From a virus: 64,000 nucleotides of DNA. This document shows, piece after piece, positions 19,296-29,005 of this stretch. The stretch's first letter is position 1, and the number at the start of each line of letters is the position of its first letter. Both the position numbers and the translations under genes were made by a program. The notes under the pieces were generated by a model. That model was not told the origin of the DNA, ran no database searches, and saw nothing but the letters and a program-made list of their open reading frames with translations. The stretch spans positions 39,077-103,076 of the IMG/VR virus record IMGVR_UViG_3300044658_000141. One strand, given 5' to 3'.

Positions 19296-20945
19296 CTACT
19301 GTACAGCTTGCCGCTGCCGATCATACTCATCACACACTTCACGAACCATCCAATACTGGTCACCATTTATCTGTAAATCATCTCGAATGGCGGTGCGTTT
19401 CATACCATCAGCGTAGCGTTGCAGAATTTCGGTTCGGAGCATTTCCGGCACCTCTCTTTCAGGGCTTTTTTGTACCGAAATTTCGGTTCTGTGAAATTTC
19501 GAGATATTATCAATTGGCTCTATAGGCTGTCCGAAAGAATTTAAGCCGCCTGTCTGCTTTTCGGTGTTTTCGTCGAAAATTCCCCAGATTTCCGGCTCGC
19601 CTTTCGTGGCATTTCGGGCAATCTGGTGATGCCGTAATTGCTCCAAACCAGGAGTATTTGCTCCATGTGGAGAATGACGACGGCGAACCTGGATACGCTT
19701 CTTGCTCACACGACCGGTAAAAAGAAATGCCTCGCCGTTCTGCAATGAGAGAGACTCTTCTCTGGTAATCCCCATCTTGCGATAGCGCTCCAGATCAGCC
19801 TCTTCAGTTTGCCGATGAAGCAGTCGGCCATCCGACTGCATGGCCCGATTGTCCAACTCCGCTATCTTCTGGCAGACCAGTGTAATGCCAAGACCGCGCT
19901 TACGGCCCTTACGCACCATGTCATTAAAGAAAGTATTCTGTAGCGCAGCCAGCGTCTGCGGGTCCTGCGATTTCAAAGGACTCTCATTAACATATTGAGG
20001 AAGCCAGGTAACAGCCTCCTCCAATATGAAATCAGAAGGAATCCGCTTCTCATTGGGCAATTCTTCCTGCCATTCGCGCATGCCCTTGATAATCCCGATC
20101 ATCACCTGCGCAGCTTCAACCATCTCGTAAGACTGCAGATTGAGAATAACCTGCAGCAAATTATCAAGGACATAATGACCAAACTGTTCAGCGTTATCTA
20201 CAGAAACCGAATACATACCAGTAGCGCCTGCAAGGATGCCATTGCGCAACCAACGAGGATCACAGAGCGGTCGATACTCATCTTCAGTATCGGCAAGTAC
20301 AAAAGGAACCTCCAACCGCCCTAACTCTTCTCCATAGGTGCCGATGCTATTTGATTTGCCAGAACCTGAAACGCCAACAATCAACTTTCGTCCAGAGAGA
20401 AAGTCATCTGCTGGTACTAGATAGTCCTGAGAGAGGTTGATACTTTGCTCAAGATTTGAAGATGGAAGCATTTTGCGATCTTCAGTAGGACTAGGCTGTA
20501 CATCAACAGTGCCATACTTTTGCATCATGGCCAGCATGCGTTGATCAGTCGTCGCTGTCGTGCTGGCAATCTTCATGATCTTCTCTAGCAAAGCAATTTG
20601 TTCCATCGGGTCCATCTGCATCTGTCCAACGTTCAATTGTTCCACTCGCTGCTCAACCTGGAAAAATCCCTTACGCTCCTGAACAATGAGCGCCTGCGCC
20701 GGTCCATGTTTGCTCGGGCCAATCACTCGAACCTTTGATTTTTGCCTGATGATCACCAATCCATAAATGACGCCCAGACCCAGGGCAGTAAAGAACAGCA
20801 GTTTTACACCCACCCAGATCTCAGCAACCGCCTCACTCATACCAGACTCAAACCCCTTGAGATTGGCAAAGATCGCCACGAGCAGAATAGTGAGTGGAAT
20901 GGCAATGGCTCCCAGGATGAGCCCATCTTTTACTCGCAAGTTCAT
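19296..20945 (-). CDS. Membrane-anchored HerA/FtsK/VirD4-like P-loop ATPase
   Basis: Two N-terminal TM helices; Walker A GVSGSGKS, DTEDEY, ILEEA Walker B, RKGRKRG arginine finger, VCQ; C-terminal HTH-like segment. Confidence 0.8.
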   Translation of the reverse strand: MNLRVKDGLILGAIAIPLTILLVAIFANLKGFESGMSEAVAEIWVGVKLLFFTALGLGVIYGLVIIRQKSKVRVIGPSKHGPAQALIVQERKGFFQVEQRVEQLNVGQMQMDPMEQIALLEKIMKIASTTATTDQRMLAMMQKYGTVDVQPSPTEDRKMLPSSNLEQSINLSQDYLVPADDFLSGRKLIVGVSGSGKSNSIGTYGEELGRLEVPFVLADTEDEYRPLCDPRWLRNGILAGATGMYSVSVDNAEQFGHYVLDNLLQVILNLQSYEMVEAAQVMIGIIKGMREWQEELPNEKRIPSDFILEEAVTWLPQYVNESPLKSQDPQTLAALQNTFFNDMVRKGRKRGLGITLVCQKIAELDNRAMQSDGRLLHRQTEEADLERYRKMGITREESLSLQNGEAFLFTGRVSKKRIQVRRRHSPHGANTPGLEQLRHHQIARNATKGEPEIWGIFDENTEKQTGGLNSFGQPIEPIDNISKFHRTEISVQKSPEREVPEMLRTEILQRYADGMKRTAIRDDLQINGDQYWMVREVCDEYDRQRQAVQ

Positions 20946-21262
20946 GCAACACCCGCGCTTTTCTTCTGGACGCCAAGAATGCGTAAACTCTGCGCTACAA
21001 GGACCACACCCAGGAATGCCGCCAATAAAAGCGAAAGTGAAAAAGAGAAGAGAGAGCTATATATTGCCGCCGACAATGCGTGTACTGCCAACATCGCTAG
21101 CGTTACGACTAAATACGCGGCTCCTCCAACTAGAGCCAGCGCAGCCAACCCAACACACACCACTCCCAAAGTAAAAATTGCAGCGATGGCAACTAGTACT
21201 TTCATGCTCGGTTGCACCATCACGGCTTTCTCGCCGCCATTCCAGGCGATTGTTATTGACAT
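20942..21262 (-). CDS. Multi-pass small membrane protein
   Basis: Very hydrophobic 106 aa, coupled to the ATPase gene. Confidence 0.6.
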   Translation of the reverse strand: MSITIAWNGGEKAVMVQPSMKVLVAIAAIFTLGVVCVGLAALALVGGAAYLVVTLAMLAVHALSAAIYSSLFSFSLSLLLAAFLGVVLVAQSLRILGVQKKSAGVA

Positions 21263-21304
21263 CGCTTTAGAACTTCCTTTCCTCTAGTCCAGCCCCACAA
21301 GCGA

Positions 21305-21397
21305 TGTTACAATACCTGCGGTCACTGGACGGCATTGGTTTGAGACACTACCCGTCCGTTCGATCTTCCCGGCGTTGCTGTAACTTCGCCGGGTTTT
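21305..21397 (+). ncRNA. Putative antisense sRNA (two hairpins)
   Basis: TGTTACAAT extended -10, hairpin GGACGG/CCGTCC, terminator CCCGGCG/CGCCGGG-TTTT; antisense to the intergenic leader of the ATPase operon. Confidence 0.5.
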
Positions 21398-21403
21398 ACC
21401 TAC

Positions 21404-21604
21404 TTAATCTTCGTCTTCTCTAATTCGATTAATATCTTCAATCAATCGTTCAACGTCAGAGCGTTTGTACATCACTCGCAAGCCTTTTCTATATCGTTTA
21501 ATCCGACCTTCGGAAGTGTATCTTTCCAATGTTCGTCTTGAGCGACCCATCAAAGCGCTTGCCTCCTCAATGGTCAAGAACTCTTCCCCATCTTGTTGTG
21601 TCAT
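21404..21604 (-). CDS. Excisionase-like HTH (HTH_17) DNA-binding protein
   Basis: FLTIEEASALMGRSRRTLERY...G.I...YKRSDV. Confidence 0.8.
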   Translation of the reverse strand: MTQQDGEEFLTIEEASALMGRSRRTLERYTSEGRIKRYRKGLRVMYKRSDVERLIEDINRIREDED

Positions 21605-21668
21605 AGTTACCTCACTGTCATAATTGATATTGAAATCTTACATGATTATGTCGCAGTTTGTCAACCCC

Positions 21669-21697
21669 TTGACTTACACAAAATTGGAAGGTATACT
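21669..21697 (+). promoter_or_regulatory. sigma70-type promoter
   Basis: TTGACT-17-TATACT. Similar promoters at ~29079, 31208, 38494, 41971, 50409, 52919, 55116. Confidence 0.7.
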
Positions 21698-21821
21698 TTG
21701 AATACCTGATAACGTTTCAGGCAAAAAGAAAAGCCCTAGCTCGGGAAAGCTAAGGCTCTAATTGAACCGATACGTCTTAAGTTCTTCAGGCTATGGGGCG
21801 TATCTAAGGAGAGTTTATATC

Positions 21822-22193
21822 ATGTATACCCCTATGCGCAAGCCCTCATTACGCAGCGGCAAAGCCTGCACGTTTGTTCCTCGCAGTCAACACGTTTTGG
21901 TAGTTGAGCACGACAGCCCAGAGCGGACCACCGAGCTAACCACCCAATCCTTCCGCGCCCATTACCTCAACGTATTTAGTGGCGAGATTGAACATTCAAA
22001 AACCTTCAACCTCAAAGCACCTGTTCATCTGTACCTCACACAAGCTCGCAATTTCCCAGGATTTGCCTATCTCTGCCACTGGACCGGCGAGCGTTTCGCT
22101 TGTTCGTGTAAAGAGGGCAAGCAGAACGCATCGTGCCCACATATTGAAGAGTTAACCAACCTCCATACACCTGAAGTATTGGAGGTGTGTTAA
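21822..22193 (+). CDS. SWIM zinc-finger protein
   Basis: FACSC...SCPHI motif; paralog at 29867-30211. Confidence 0.65.
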   Translation: MYTPMRKPSLRSGKACTFVPRSQHVLVVEHDSPERTTELTTQSFRAHYLNVFSGEIEHSKTFNLKAPVHLYLTQARNFPGFAYLCHWTGERFACSCKEGKQNASCPHIEELTNLHTPEVLEVC

Positions 22194-22351
22194 TGGACGA
22201 ACAAGCCAAGACCGTCGCGGAAATCGAGACACTCATCTTCACCGACTCAGAAGAACTCACTGAGGAAGATTTGGAACGCTATCTGGCATTCTCTGAAGTG
22301 CAAGAAAAGCTGGATTGTGAAAATATGCTGGCCGCAATCTCTTTGATGTAG
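22193..22351 (+). CDS. Small acidic protein (52 aa)
   Basis: GGAGGTG RBS; TAATG coupling; MDEQAKTVAEIETLIFTDSEEL... Confidence 0.5.
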   Translation: MDEQAKTVAEIETLIFTDSEELTEEDLERYLAFSEVQEKLDCENMLAAISLM

Positions 22352-22422
22352 CGAGGTAGAAAGGAGCGGGAGGATATCTAGCCCCTGCCTTTAGGCATGG
22401 GGCGACCCTCCCAGGGGAAAGC

Positions 22423-22839
22423 ATGAAGAGGGAAAAGCGCCGGATCGATCGCTACTACCGCTCCAACAATAATGTGTATTTCGCTTGCTTCTATCATATC
22501 GTCTGGTGTCCTAAGTACCGAAAAAGAGTGCTCATAAACGGAATAGAACAGCGAGCGGAACAGATCATTAGGGGAGTATGTCAGGAGAGGCAAGCCTATA
22601 TCGTGGCACTTAAGGTCATGCCTGATCATATCCATATGCTTGTAAGTGTTGATCCTCAGTTCGGAGCCCACCAACTGATTAAGCTCATGAAAGGACGATC
22701 TTCATTTCTACTGAGAAAGGAGTATCCACACTTGAAGAAACTGCACTCGCTCTGGACGAACAGTTACTTTATTTCAACGGTAGGCAAACCAACTATGGAT
22801 GTTGTTAAGCGTTATATCGAGAACCAAAGAGATGTCTAA
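22423..22839 (+). CDS. tnpA: IS200/IS605 Y1 (HUH) transposase
   Basis: YHIVWCPKYR, DHIH (HUH), LKLMKGRSS, LWTNSYF, catalytic YIENQ. Confidence 0.95.
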   Translation: MKREKRRIDRYYRSNNNVYFACFYHIVWCPKYRKRVLINGIEQRAEQIIRGVCQERQAYIVALKVMPDHIHMLVSVDPQFGAHQLIKLMKGRSSFLLRKEYPHLKKLHSLWTNSYFISTVGKPTMDVVKRYIENQRDV

Positions 22840-24103
22840 CAAAGCATACAAATTCAGGTTATACCCGACGAGGAAGCAGATCGCTTCCCTGCAATGGACT
22901 TTGAACCGTTGCAGGGAGCTTTATAACGCTGCTTTGCAAGAACGCAAGGAGGCATATAAGTATGCCAAGAAGTCCATCAGCAAGTTTGAGCAGATGCGCG
23001 ATCTAACCATTATCCGCAACGAAATCAGGACAGAGTATCAGGAGATTGGTAGTCATGTCCTGCAAGATGTCATTAAGCGAGTGGACAAAGCCTATCAAGC
23101 TTTCTTTCGTCGGGTCAAGAACGGAGAGAAGCCAGGCTATCCCCGATTTCAAAATGAGGGTCGCTATTGCAGTTTTACCTATCCTGACCTTCAAATGTGG
23201 GACTTAGAAGGCAACAAAATCCATCTCCACAAAATCGGTAGTATCAAAATCAAGCTCCATCGAGAAATTGCAGGCAAAGTGAAAACAGTAACCATCAAAC
23301 GAGAGGGAAAGCACTGGTACGCGGTTTTTAGTTGCGATCTGGAAGGGGTTAATGAACAGCGAACCCCGTACACCGATGACGCCATAGGGGTAGACCTCGG
23401 GTTGCACCACTTTGCAGCATTGTCCTCTGGGGACATCATTGATAATCCCCGCTACTATCGGACCTCTGAGGCAAAGTTGATCAAAGCTCAAAAAGTCTTG
23501 GCCCGCAAACAAAAGAAAAATCAGAAAACCGGATGCAAGGGCAATCGGCGCAAGAAGGCTATTCAACGGGTCGCCAAACACCACCGCAAGATCAGGAACC
23601 AGCGTCAGGACTTCTTACACCAGTGGTCCCGCAGGTTGGTAGACACCTATGAAACGATAGTCTTTGAAGATCTGGCTCCATCAAAGATGAGTAAAGCTCC
23701 CCGACCCAAACAGGACGAAGAAACCGGGCAATACTTACCTAACGGAGCCAGTATCAAAGCTGGACTGAACAAAAGCATACTCGACGCGGGTTGGTCCACT
23801 TTTATCTCCATGTGTGAACACAAGGCAGCATGCGCCGGTGTCGTGCAGGTGGTGAAAGTGGACCCGTATAAAACCAGTCAAGTATGTAGCGGATGTCTCC
23901 ACGAAGGACCGCATAAGGACTTGAGTGAGCGGGTTCATACCTGTCAAGAATGCGGCCTTGTAATCGACAGAGATGTCAACGCAGCGGTAAATATCCTGGC
24001 TGTGTCACAAGGTTTGAACTTGCGTCCTGAGAAGAAAACGAAAAGAGCCCGGGCTCGGACGGAGCCTGCAGAGGACGCGCCTCTGCGAAGCCCCCGGCTT
24101 TAG
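22832..24103 (+). CDS. tnpB: RNA-guided endonuclease TnpB
   Basis: YKFRLYPT; RuvC residues GVDLG / VFEDL / DRDVNAA intact; CxxC..CxxC zinc finger. Confidence 0.95.
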   Translation: MSNKAYKFRLYPTRKQIASLQWTLNRCRELYNAALQERKEAYKYAKKSISKFEQMRDLTIIRNEIRTEYQEIGSHVLQDVIKRVDKAYQAFFRRVKNGEKPGYPRFQNEGRYCSFTYPDLQMWDLEGNKIHLHKIGSIKIKLHREIAGKVKTVTIKREGKHWYAVFSCDLEGVNEQRTPYTDDAIGVDLGLHHFAALSSGDIIDNPRYYRTSEAKLIKAQKVLARKQKKNQKTGCKGNRRKKAIQRVAKHHRKIRNQRQDFLHQWSRRLVDTYETIVFEDLAPSKMSKAPRPKQDEETGQYLPNGASIKAGLNKSILDAGWSTFISMCEHKAACAGVVQVVKVDPYKTSQVCSGCLHEGPHKDLSERVHTCQECGLVIDRDVNAAVNILAVSQGLNLRPEKKTKRARARTEPAEDAPLRSPRL

Positions 24104-24254
24104 CCGTGGTGGAGTCGTCACTTCGCGGCAAATCCACACAAAGATCCAAAGTATCTGGCCAGTTTGCAAGAAGCGCTCAAACTGTTGCTCGGACCAGAGG
24201 ATATCATGAAGAGAGGGCGGGATCGTGAATCGCCTGCGCAGGAGAAGTAATACC

Positions 24255-24674
24255 ATGCGGCACTACAATCAGAATTTACAGGACTGGGAGGGAACCTGGT
24301 CCTATCATCTCATTCCTGCCGGACAGTGGCTCAAATCGTTTCTTGAGGCCGAATGTTCGCTAGAGTTTCTGGACAAGTATCATACGTGGTTCTCTGCCAG
24401 GGATGTGACGCTCAGGGATTCGTATATCATCATCAATTTCATCAGTTATGGGAAAGATGCTGATGGAGAGATCTACCACCACTACTGGGAACTACAAAAC
24501 ATTGGCCACTCGGAGCGTCCACGTTGGCGACTCTCGACACGTGACTGCCGGGATCGCTGGATATCGTTGATATTGCCAGAGGGCAGGCCGTTACAGGCGA
24601 TGTTGGAGAAGTGTTTCACGTTGCACAGGTGGCTGATCGATAGAGAGACATTGCAGCGGATTGTGGAGGGATGA
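24255..24674 (+). CDS. Hypothetical protein
   Basis: AGGAG RBS; Trp/Tyr-rich. Confidence 0.5.
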   Translation: MRHYNQNLQDWEGTWSYHLIPAGQWLKSFLEAECSLEFLDKYHTWFSARDVTLRDSYIIINFISYGKDADGEIYHHYWELQNIGHSERPRWRLSTRDCRDRWISLILPEGRPLQAMLEKCFTLHRWLIDRETLQRIVEG

Positions 24675-25084
24675 TGGACACCATTCATACAGTTACGATT
24701 GCCATATTCGCCAATGGATGCGTGCTCCTCCTGCAGCGCAACCCTGATGAATACCCTGGTCATGGTGACAAGTGGGAGTTAATCGGTGGACACATCCATA
24801 TGGGAGAAGCTCCAATACTAGCAGCCATACGCGAAGCAGCCGAAGAGACAGGTATCATTGAGTTGCCATCGATGCAACTGGTAGACATTTGGCCCTGGCC
24901 TGTTGGCGATGAAACAGCTGAGAACTGGATTTATACGACAACTCTCGAACAAGAATTGCCGGTCCAAATTAGCCATGAGCACCAGGCGTATCGCTGGACA
25001 CCGATAGAGGAGGCGTTACAGATGTCACTGGCGTGCAAACATTCGGCTATTCTGAACGATATAGTCAGCAGCAAGCTTGTCTGA
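24671..25084 (+). CDS. NUDIX hydrolase
   Basis: Nudix box GGHIHMGEAPILAAIREAAEETG; ISHEHQAYRW. Confidence 0.9.
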   Translation: MMDTIHTVTIAIFANGCVLLLQRNPDEYPGHGDKWELIGGHIHMGEAPILAAIREAAEETGIIELPSMQLVDIWPWPVGDETAENWIYTTTLEQELPVQISHEHQAYRWTPIEEALQMSLACKHSAILNDIVSSKLV

Positions 25085-25416
25085 TATACTGAGCCTGGGG
25101 TTTAGAACATAAGAAACCGCCTTTTTAAAGGGACTATTCATGTTGGAAAGTCCCTTCCACTTCCCTCACAGTCTGCCAAATCGCCCATTATCGAGCATCT
25201 CACACAACACAGCCAGTACTGCCAACATCTCGCACGGTGAGGGTTGTGTGAGCGAGCAGTGAGGTGTATCATAGGTTTGGTAAGATAATCATTATTTCCA
25301 TGTACACATGGAGACGCAGCCGCCGAGTCTGCGCACTAACTCGGTCCCCTTTTCTCGCATTGACAATCCTGCTATGCTACGCCTGAGTTAAAATTTGTCA
25401 TGTCGAGGAAGTGTGT

Positions 25417-25899
25417 ATGTATTATCCACCTGGTCCACCTCCGCAGCGCCCAAAACTTGCCCACGAGCAACTCTGGGAATGGTTTCAACGTCGCAGCCGA
25501 TCAGGGAAGATCATGGTCTGCTGTGTCGTGCTCTTTCTCACGCTCTCGTGCTGCATGTGTTCCACGACTGCCCACACCAGTAACCAGACTGTAGCGCAGC
25601 CAACCGTTGTTGTGACCGTCCTTGTCACTCGGCAATCAGAACAGCAGACCGTACCGACGTTACAGCCAACTCCAACGCCGAGTCCTACTGCTACGCTCGT
25701 GCCTACACCAACGGATACACCTACTCCTGTACCAACTCCACAGCCCACAGAAGCACCTGCTCAACCGGCACTGCCTGTTCAAGCACCCTCGACAGGAGAG
25801 CGTACTGGAGCCGTATGCAATGACGGGACAACATCAATGGCGACAGGAAGCGGGGCCTGCTCACATCATCATGGAGTCAATCACTGGTTGTATAACTGA
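25417..25899 (+). CDS. Membrane-anchored Pro/Thr-rich protein with C-terminal DUF3761-like Cys/His domain
   Basis: TM helix, PT linker, GAVCNDGTTSMATGSGACSHHHGV; paralog at 49892-50386. Confidence 0.7.
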   Translation: MYYPPGPPPQRPKLAHEQLWEWFQRRSRSGKIMVCCVVLFLTLSCCMCSTTAHTSNQTVAQPTVVVTVLVTRQSEQQTVPTLQPTPTPSPTATLVPTPTDTPTPVPTPQPTEAPAQPALPVQAPSTGERTGAVCNDGTTSMATGSGACSHHHGVNHWLYN

Positions 25900-26036
25900 T
25901 ACACAAATACATATCCTGAAATCTAGCTAGAGAACCACCAATGTGGTAAAATCAGCCTACCAATCTAATTAGAGATTGACAAAACGCGCCATCGTGCCAC
26001 AAGCCGATGGCGCGTTTTGTCGTTTTGGGGATATAC

Positions 26037-27350
26037 ATGATAGGGACAACAAAAACTACTCAACTACCTCTCGATAGTATCCGCATTGATGGTGGCACGC
26101 AGCCACGCGCAGCCCTGGACCAGAATGTTATCCACGAGTACGCACAAGATATACTGCTCGGTGCAACCTTCCCACCAGTCACAGTCTTTTATGATGGCTC
26201 TGACTATTGGCTAGCAGACGGATTTCATCGCTATCATGGCGCGAAACAGATCTGCAGAGAAACTATTGATGCTGAGATAAGACAGGGCACTCGCCGGGAT
26301 GCCGTATTATACTCGGTAGGAACAAATGCTACACATGGACTGCGGCGCACAAATGCGGATAAGCGCAGAGCGGTGGAGACATTGCTAAGGGATGAGGAAT
26401 GGAGCAAGTGGAGTAACAGGGAGATTGCCCGTCAAAGTGGTGTTGACGAAGGAACTGTTAGAAACATCAGAAGTACCTTCACTGCGGAAATTCCGCAGTT
26501 AGAACGCCATTACATCACCAAGCATGGCACGGAAGCAACCATGAACACTGCCAACATTGGACAGCAACAGCAAAATCTTACCCCACAAAAGTTCGTTGAT
26601 GAAGTCATTCCCGGCTTTACCCAGTGGCAGAAAGACAACACAAAAATAGGGCTGGATGAATGGGCAGATCCGCTCTCTTCCGACAACCAGGGACCAGAAG
26701 AACCACCCACACAACCGCTTACAAGCAATACAGAACTTGACAAAGTATTTCCTGGTTGGCACAGAGAACCAGTTCCATTCCAGCCTATAACCGTTGCTCC
26801 TGTTGTAGAGGATACACCAGATAGCCCACAGTTAGACGCCAAAGAGCGACGTGATGAACACGTAATGCGAGTGATGGGCAGCAGTGACAGCCCAGAATGG
26901 TACACACCACAGGAAATCATTGATTTAGCCTGCCAGATGTTCGGCACCATCGACACCGACCCCTGTTCCAACAGCCACGAAACACCAGCGGTCCCGGCTC
27001 GCACACTCTACACCAAAGAAGATGATGGACTTGCCCAAACCTGGATAGGCAAAACGTACTTGAACCCTCCATATGGAGCGGAAATCAGCAAATGGACAGA
27101 CAAACTTGTAGCTGAGTATAAATCTGGCAACGTGACCGAGGCCCTGGCACTCCTGCCAGCTCGCATTGATACCGTATGGTTCAGCCCACTCTATGAGTAC
27201 CTCATGTGCAATGTACGCGGCAGAATCCAGTTTGCTAACTCTCCCTATCATGCACCATTCCCCTGTGTCATTGTCTATCTTGGCGAACACACAACCAATT
27301 TCATCAATCACTTCAAATCACTCGGCCCCATCATGAGGAGAATTGCATGA
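26037..27350 (+). CDS. ParB-like domain fused to phage DNA N6-adenine methyltransferase (Dam-type)
   Basis: N-terminal GGTQPR...LADGFHR...NATHGL; C-terminal EWYTP, DPC, catalytic NPPY, LLPARIDT.WF. Confidence 0.85.
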   Translation: MIGTTKTTQLPLDSIRIDGGTQPRAALDQNVIHEYAQDILLGATFPPVTVFYDGSDYWLADGFHRYHGAKQICRETIDAEIRQGTRRDAVLYSVGTNATHGLRRTNADKRRAVETLLRDEEWSKWSNREIARQSGVDEGTVRNIRSTFTAEIPQLERHYITKHGTEATMNTANIGQQQQNLTPQKFVDEVIPGFTQWQKDNTKIGLDEWADPLSSDNQGPEEPPTQPLTSNTELDKVFPGWHREPVPFQPITVAPVVEDTPDSPQLDAKERRDEHVMRVMGSSDSPEWYTPQEIIDLACQMFGTIDTDPCSNSHETPAVPARTLYTKEDDGLAQTWIGKTYLNPPYGAEISKWTDKLVAEYKSGNVTEALALLPARIDTVWFSPLYEYLMCNVRGRIQFANSPYHAPFPCVIVYLGEHTTNFINHFKSLGPIMRRIA

Positions 27351-27955
27351 CAGACATTCGCTATAGCTTTAATGACTGTTATGCACGTGGGCGAGTGGGT
27401 GAAAGTCTCTGCGCCCGCTGGCTCATCCATCGAGAGGGCTGGTCCATCCTACCAGCTTATGAAATCGAAATTCCATCTGGTAAGGGACCTCGCCTCTTCA
27501 CGCTGGATGGCAAACTTATTGCACCTGATATCTTCGCCATGAAGTACCAGAAGAGGAAATATCTTTTCAAGTGGTTTGAAGCTAAACACAAAACCCGCTT
27601 CACCTGGCATCGCAACTCTGGCAACTGGCAAACAGGCATTGATATCAAACACTATCTCGATTACATCAAAGTACAGGAGCAAACGAAAACAGAGGTATTC
27701 GCCCTCTTCCTGCACAACTGCTCGGAGCCTTCAAAGGGTGATTTAGCGTATGGGAGCCCTGGCACCTGCCCGACTGGACTCTATGGGCGCCCTCTTAGCT
27801 ATTTGATAGAGCATGAACATCATAGAGACGCATATGCCCGAGGTGACCGTAGTTATCCAATGGTGTACTGGAATGAAACCGATTTAGAGAAGTTAGCAAC
27901 GCTGGATGAGGTAAAGGTATTACCTGTGTCTTTGTGGGAAGGTGGCGCAGCATGA
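27347..27955 (+). CDS. PD-(D/E)xK nuclease-like protein
   Basis: GRVGE...APDIF...WFEAKHK...TGID; coupled (ATGA) to the methylase. Confidence 0.6.
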   Translation: MTDIRYSFNDCYARGRVGESLCARWLIHREGWSILPAYEIEIPSGKGPRLFTLDGKLIAPDIFAMKYQKRKYLFKWFEAKHKTRFTWHRNSGNWQTGIDIKHYLDYIKVQEQTKTEVFALFLHNCSEPSKGDLAYGSPGTCPTGLYGRPLSYLIEHEHHRDAYARGDRSYPMVYWNETDLEKLATLDEVKVLPVSLWEGGAA

Positions 27956-28425
27956 CTCTTTCCCTCACCCTCTGTGCCATTTGCGGCTCCGCATTTGAAG
28001 CCAGGACCAGTTACGGCCTGTGCAGTGCGTGCATATCGAAGGACAAATTGAGAGAATTCGATAGATGGCACTCAGCCGTTAAGCAGGCCCAACGCCAGAA
28101 CCTGCCTGCTGATTTGAAATTGATACACTGGCTCAGTACCTTGTCCGATTTCAGGGGCTGTTGTGCGTACTGCCAACAGCCATCATACAGCGTCATCGAC
28201 ATGGTTAGCCCTATCGCTGGCCTGGTCTGGTCCAATGTCGTGCCCGCCTGCCGCAGCTGCTCGGCAATCAAGCGCATCGGGTGGGAGAATGCTTGCGCTC
28301 GCGTGATGCTGTACTTGACCGCCAACATGGACCGAGATGAGAGTGACGCGAACCTGGAATATTTCGCCGAATCGCCTGATGATCCGTACATTGCCGCGCC
28401 AGTAGGAGAAATGCCGCATGACTGA
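27952..28425 (+). CDS. HNH-like zinc-binding protein (catalytic His apparently replaced)
   Basis: CAYC...IDMV.P...SNVVPACRSC; paralog of 42403-42948. Confidence 0.6.
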   Translation: MTLSLTLCAICGSAFEARTSYGLCSACISKDKLREFDRWHSAVKQAQRQNLPADLKLIHWLSTLSDFRGCCAYCQQPSYSVIDMVSPIAGLVWSNVVPACRSCSAIKRIGWENACARVMLYLTANMDRDESDANLEYFAESPDDPYIAAPVGEMPHD

Positions 28426-28627
28426 CAAGAAAATACCCAAACGTCGCAACCGCAACCCACACGGCTCGTCCCGGCTCTCCGATGAGCAGTTGTGTGTGAT
28501 GGGCGAACTGTTTCCCGGTTTCCCCGAATGGTACAGACAAAGCCACGACTCGGAGGGGAAAGTACTGCCATCGGCGTTAGTGCCAGGGACGCCTGCACAA
28601 TATGAGCCCGAAGAGGAACGCAAATAA
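28418..28627 (+). CDS. Small hypothetical protein, paralog of 50680-50988
   Basis: Shared RLS.EQ/QGL....(E/Q)(L/I)FPGF.EWYR...D.(E/Q)G. Confidence 0.55.
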   Translation: MTDKKIPKRRNRNPHGSSRLSDEQLCVMGELFPGFPEWYRQSHDSEGKVLPSALVPGTPAQYEPEEERK

Positions 28628-28732
28628 AATAGGACCAGACTCGCAGCTGATCCTGTGCTATACTTTCTTTGAGTTGTCATGGGTGGCTGCTGATGATACC
28701 TCTTGCCGGAGTGTGAGCAGCAGCCACCAGGG

Positions 28733-29005
28733 CTACGCCGCTTCTTTTATCTTCTTCGGCCTGCCTGGTCGTGGCGGCGCGATCTGCACTCCTGCCAAAT
28801 CATCCAACTGTACCTCTTGGCTGTTTATCATTTTCTTAAGCGCCTCAGTAAGCCGATAGGCCACACCATGCGAAATGCGATGTTTGCGCCCCTGTCGTTC
28901 TGCAGTCTCAATACGAATAAGCGTAGACTCTGAGATATCCAGCCTTTTAGCAAAATCTTCTACGCTCAATCGAGACTTGAACCGTAACTCTTCTAATCTG
29001 ATCAA
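28733..29005 (-). CDS. XRE-family HTH regulator
   Basis: LEELR...LSVEDFAKRLDISESTLIRIE; TTG start after GGAGG; paralog at 42033-42290. Confidence 0.8.
   Translation of the reverse strand: MIRLEELRFKSRLSVEDFAKRLDISESTLIRIETAERQGRKHRISHGVAYRLTEALKKMINSQEVQLDDLAGVQIAPPRPGRPKKIKEAA

Larger units (their letters stand above)
22367..24121 (+). mobile_element. IS200/IS605-family element (tnpA + tnpB)
   Basis: Left-end hairpin GCCCCTGCCTTTAGGCATGGGG at ~22381; right-end hairpin AAGCCCCCGGCTTTAGCCGTGG ending GTCGTCAC at 24121. Left boundary approximate. Confidence 0.9.

Noticed and set aside
24122-24141. Self-target for the TnpB guide TTCGCGGCAAAT at ~12507, and for guide CCAGGGG at 22411
   Set aside because: Only 7-8 nt match; expected by chance.
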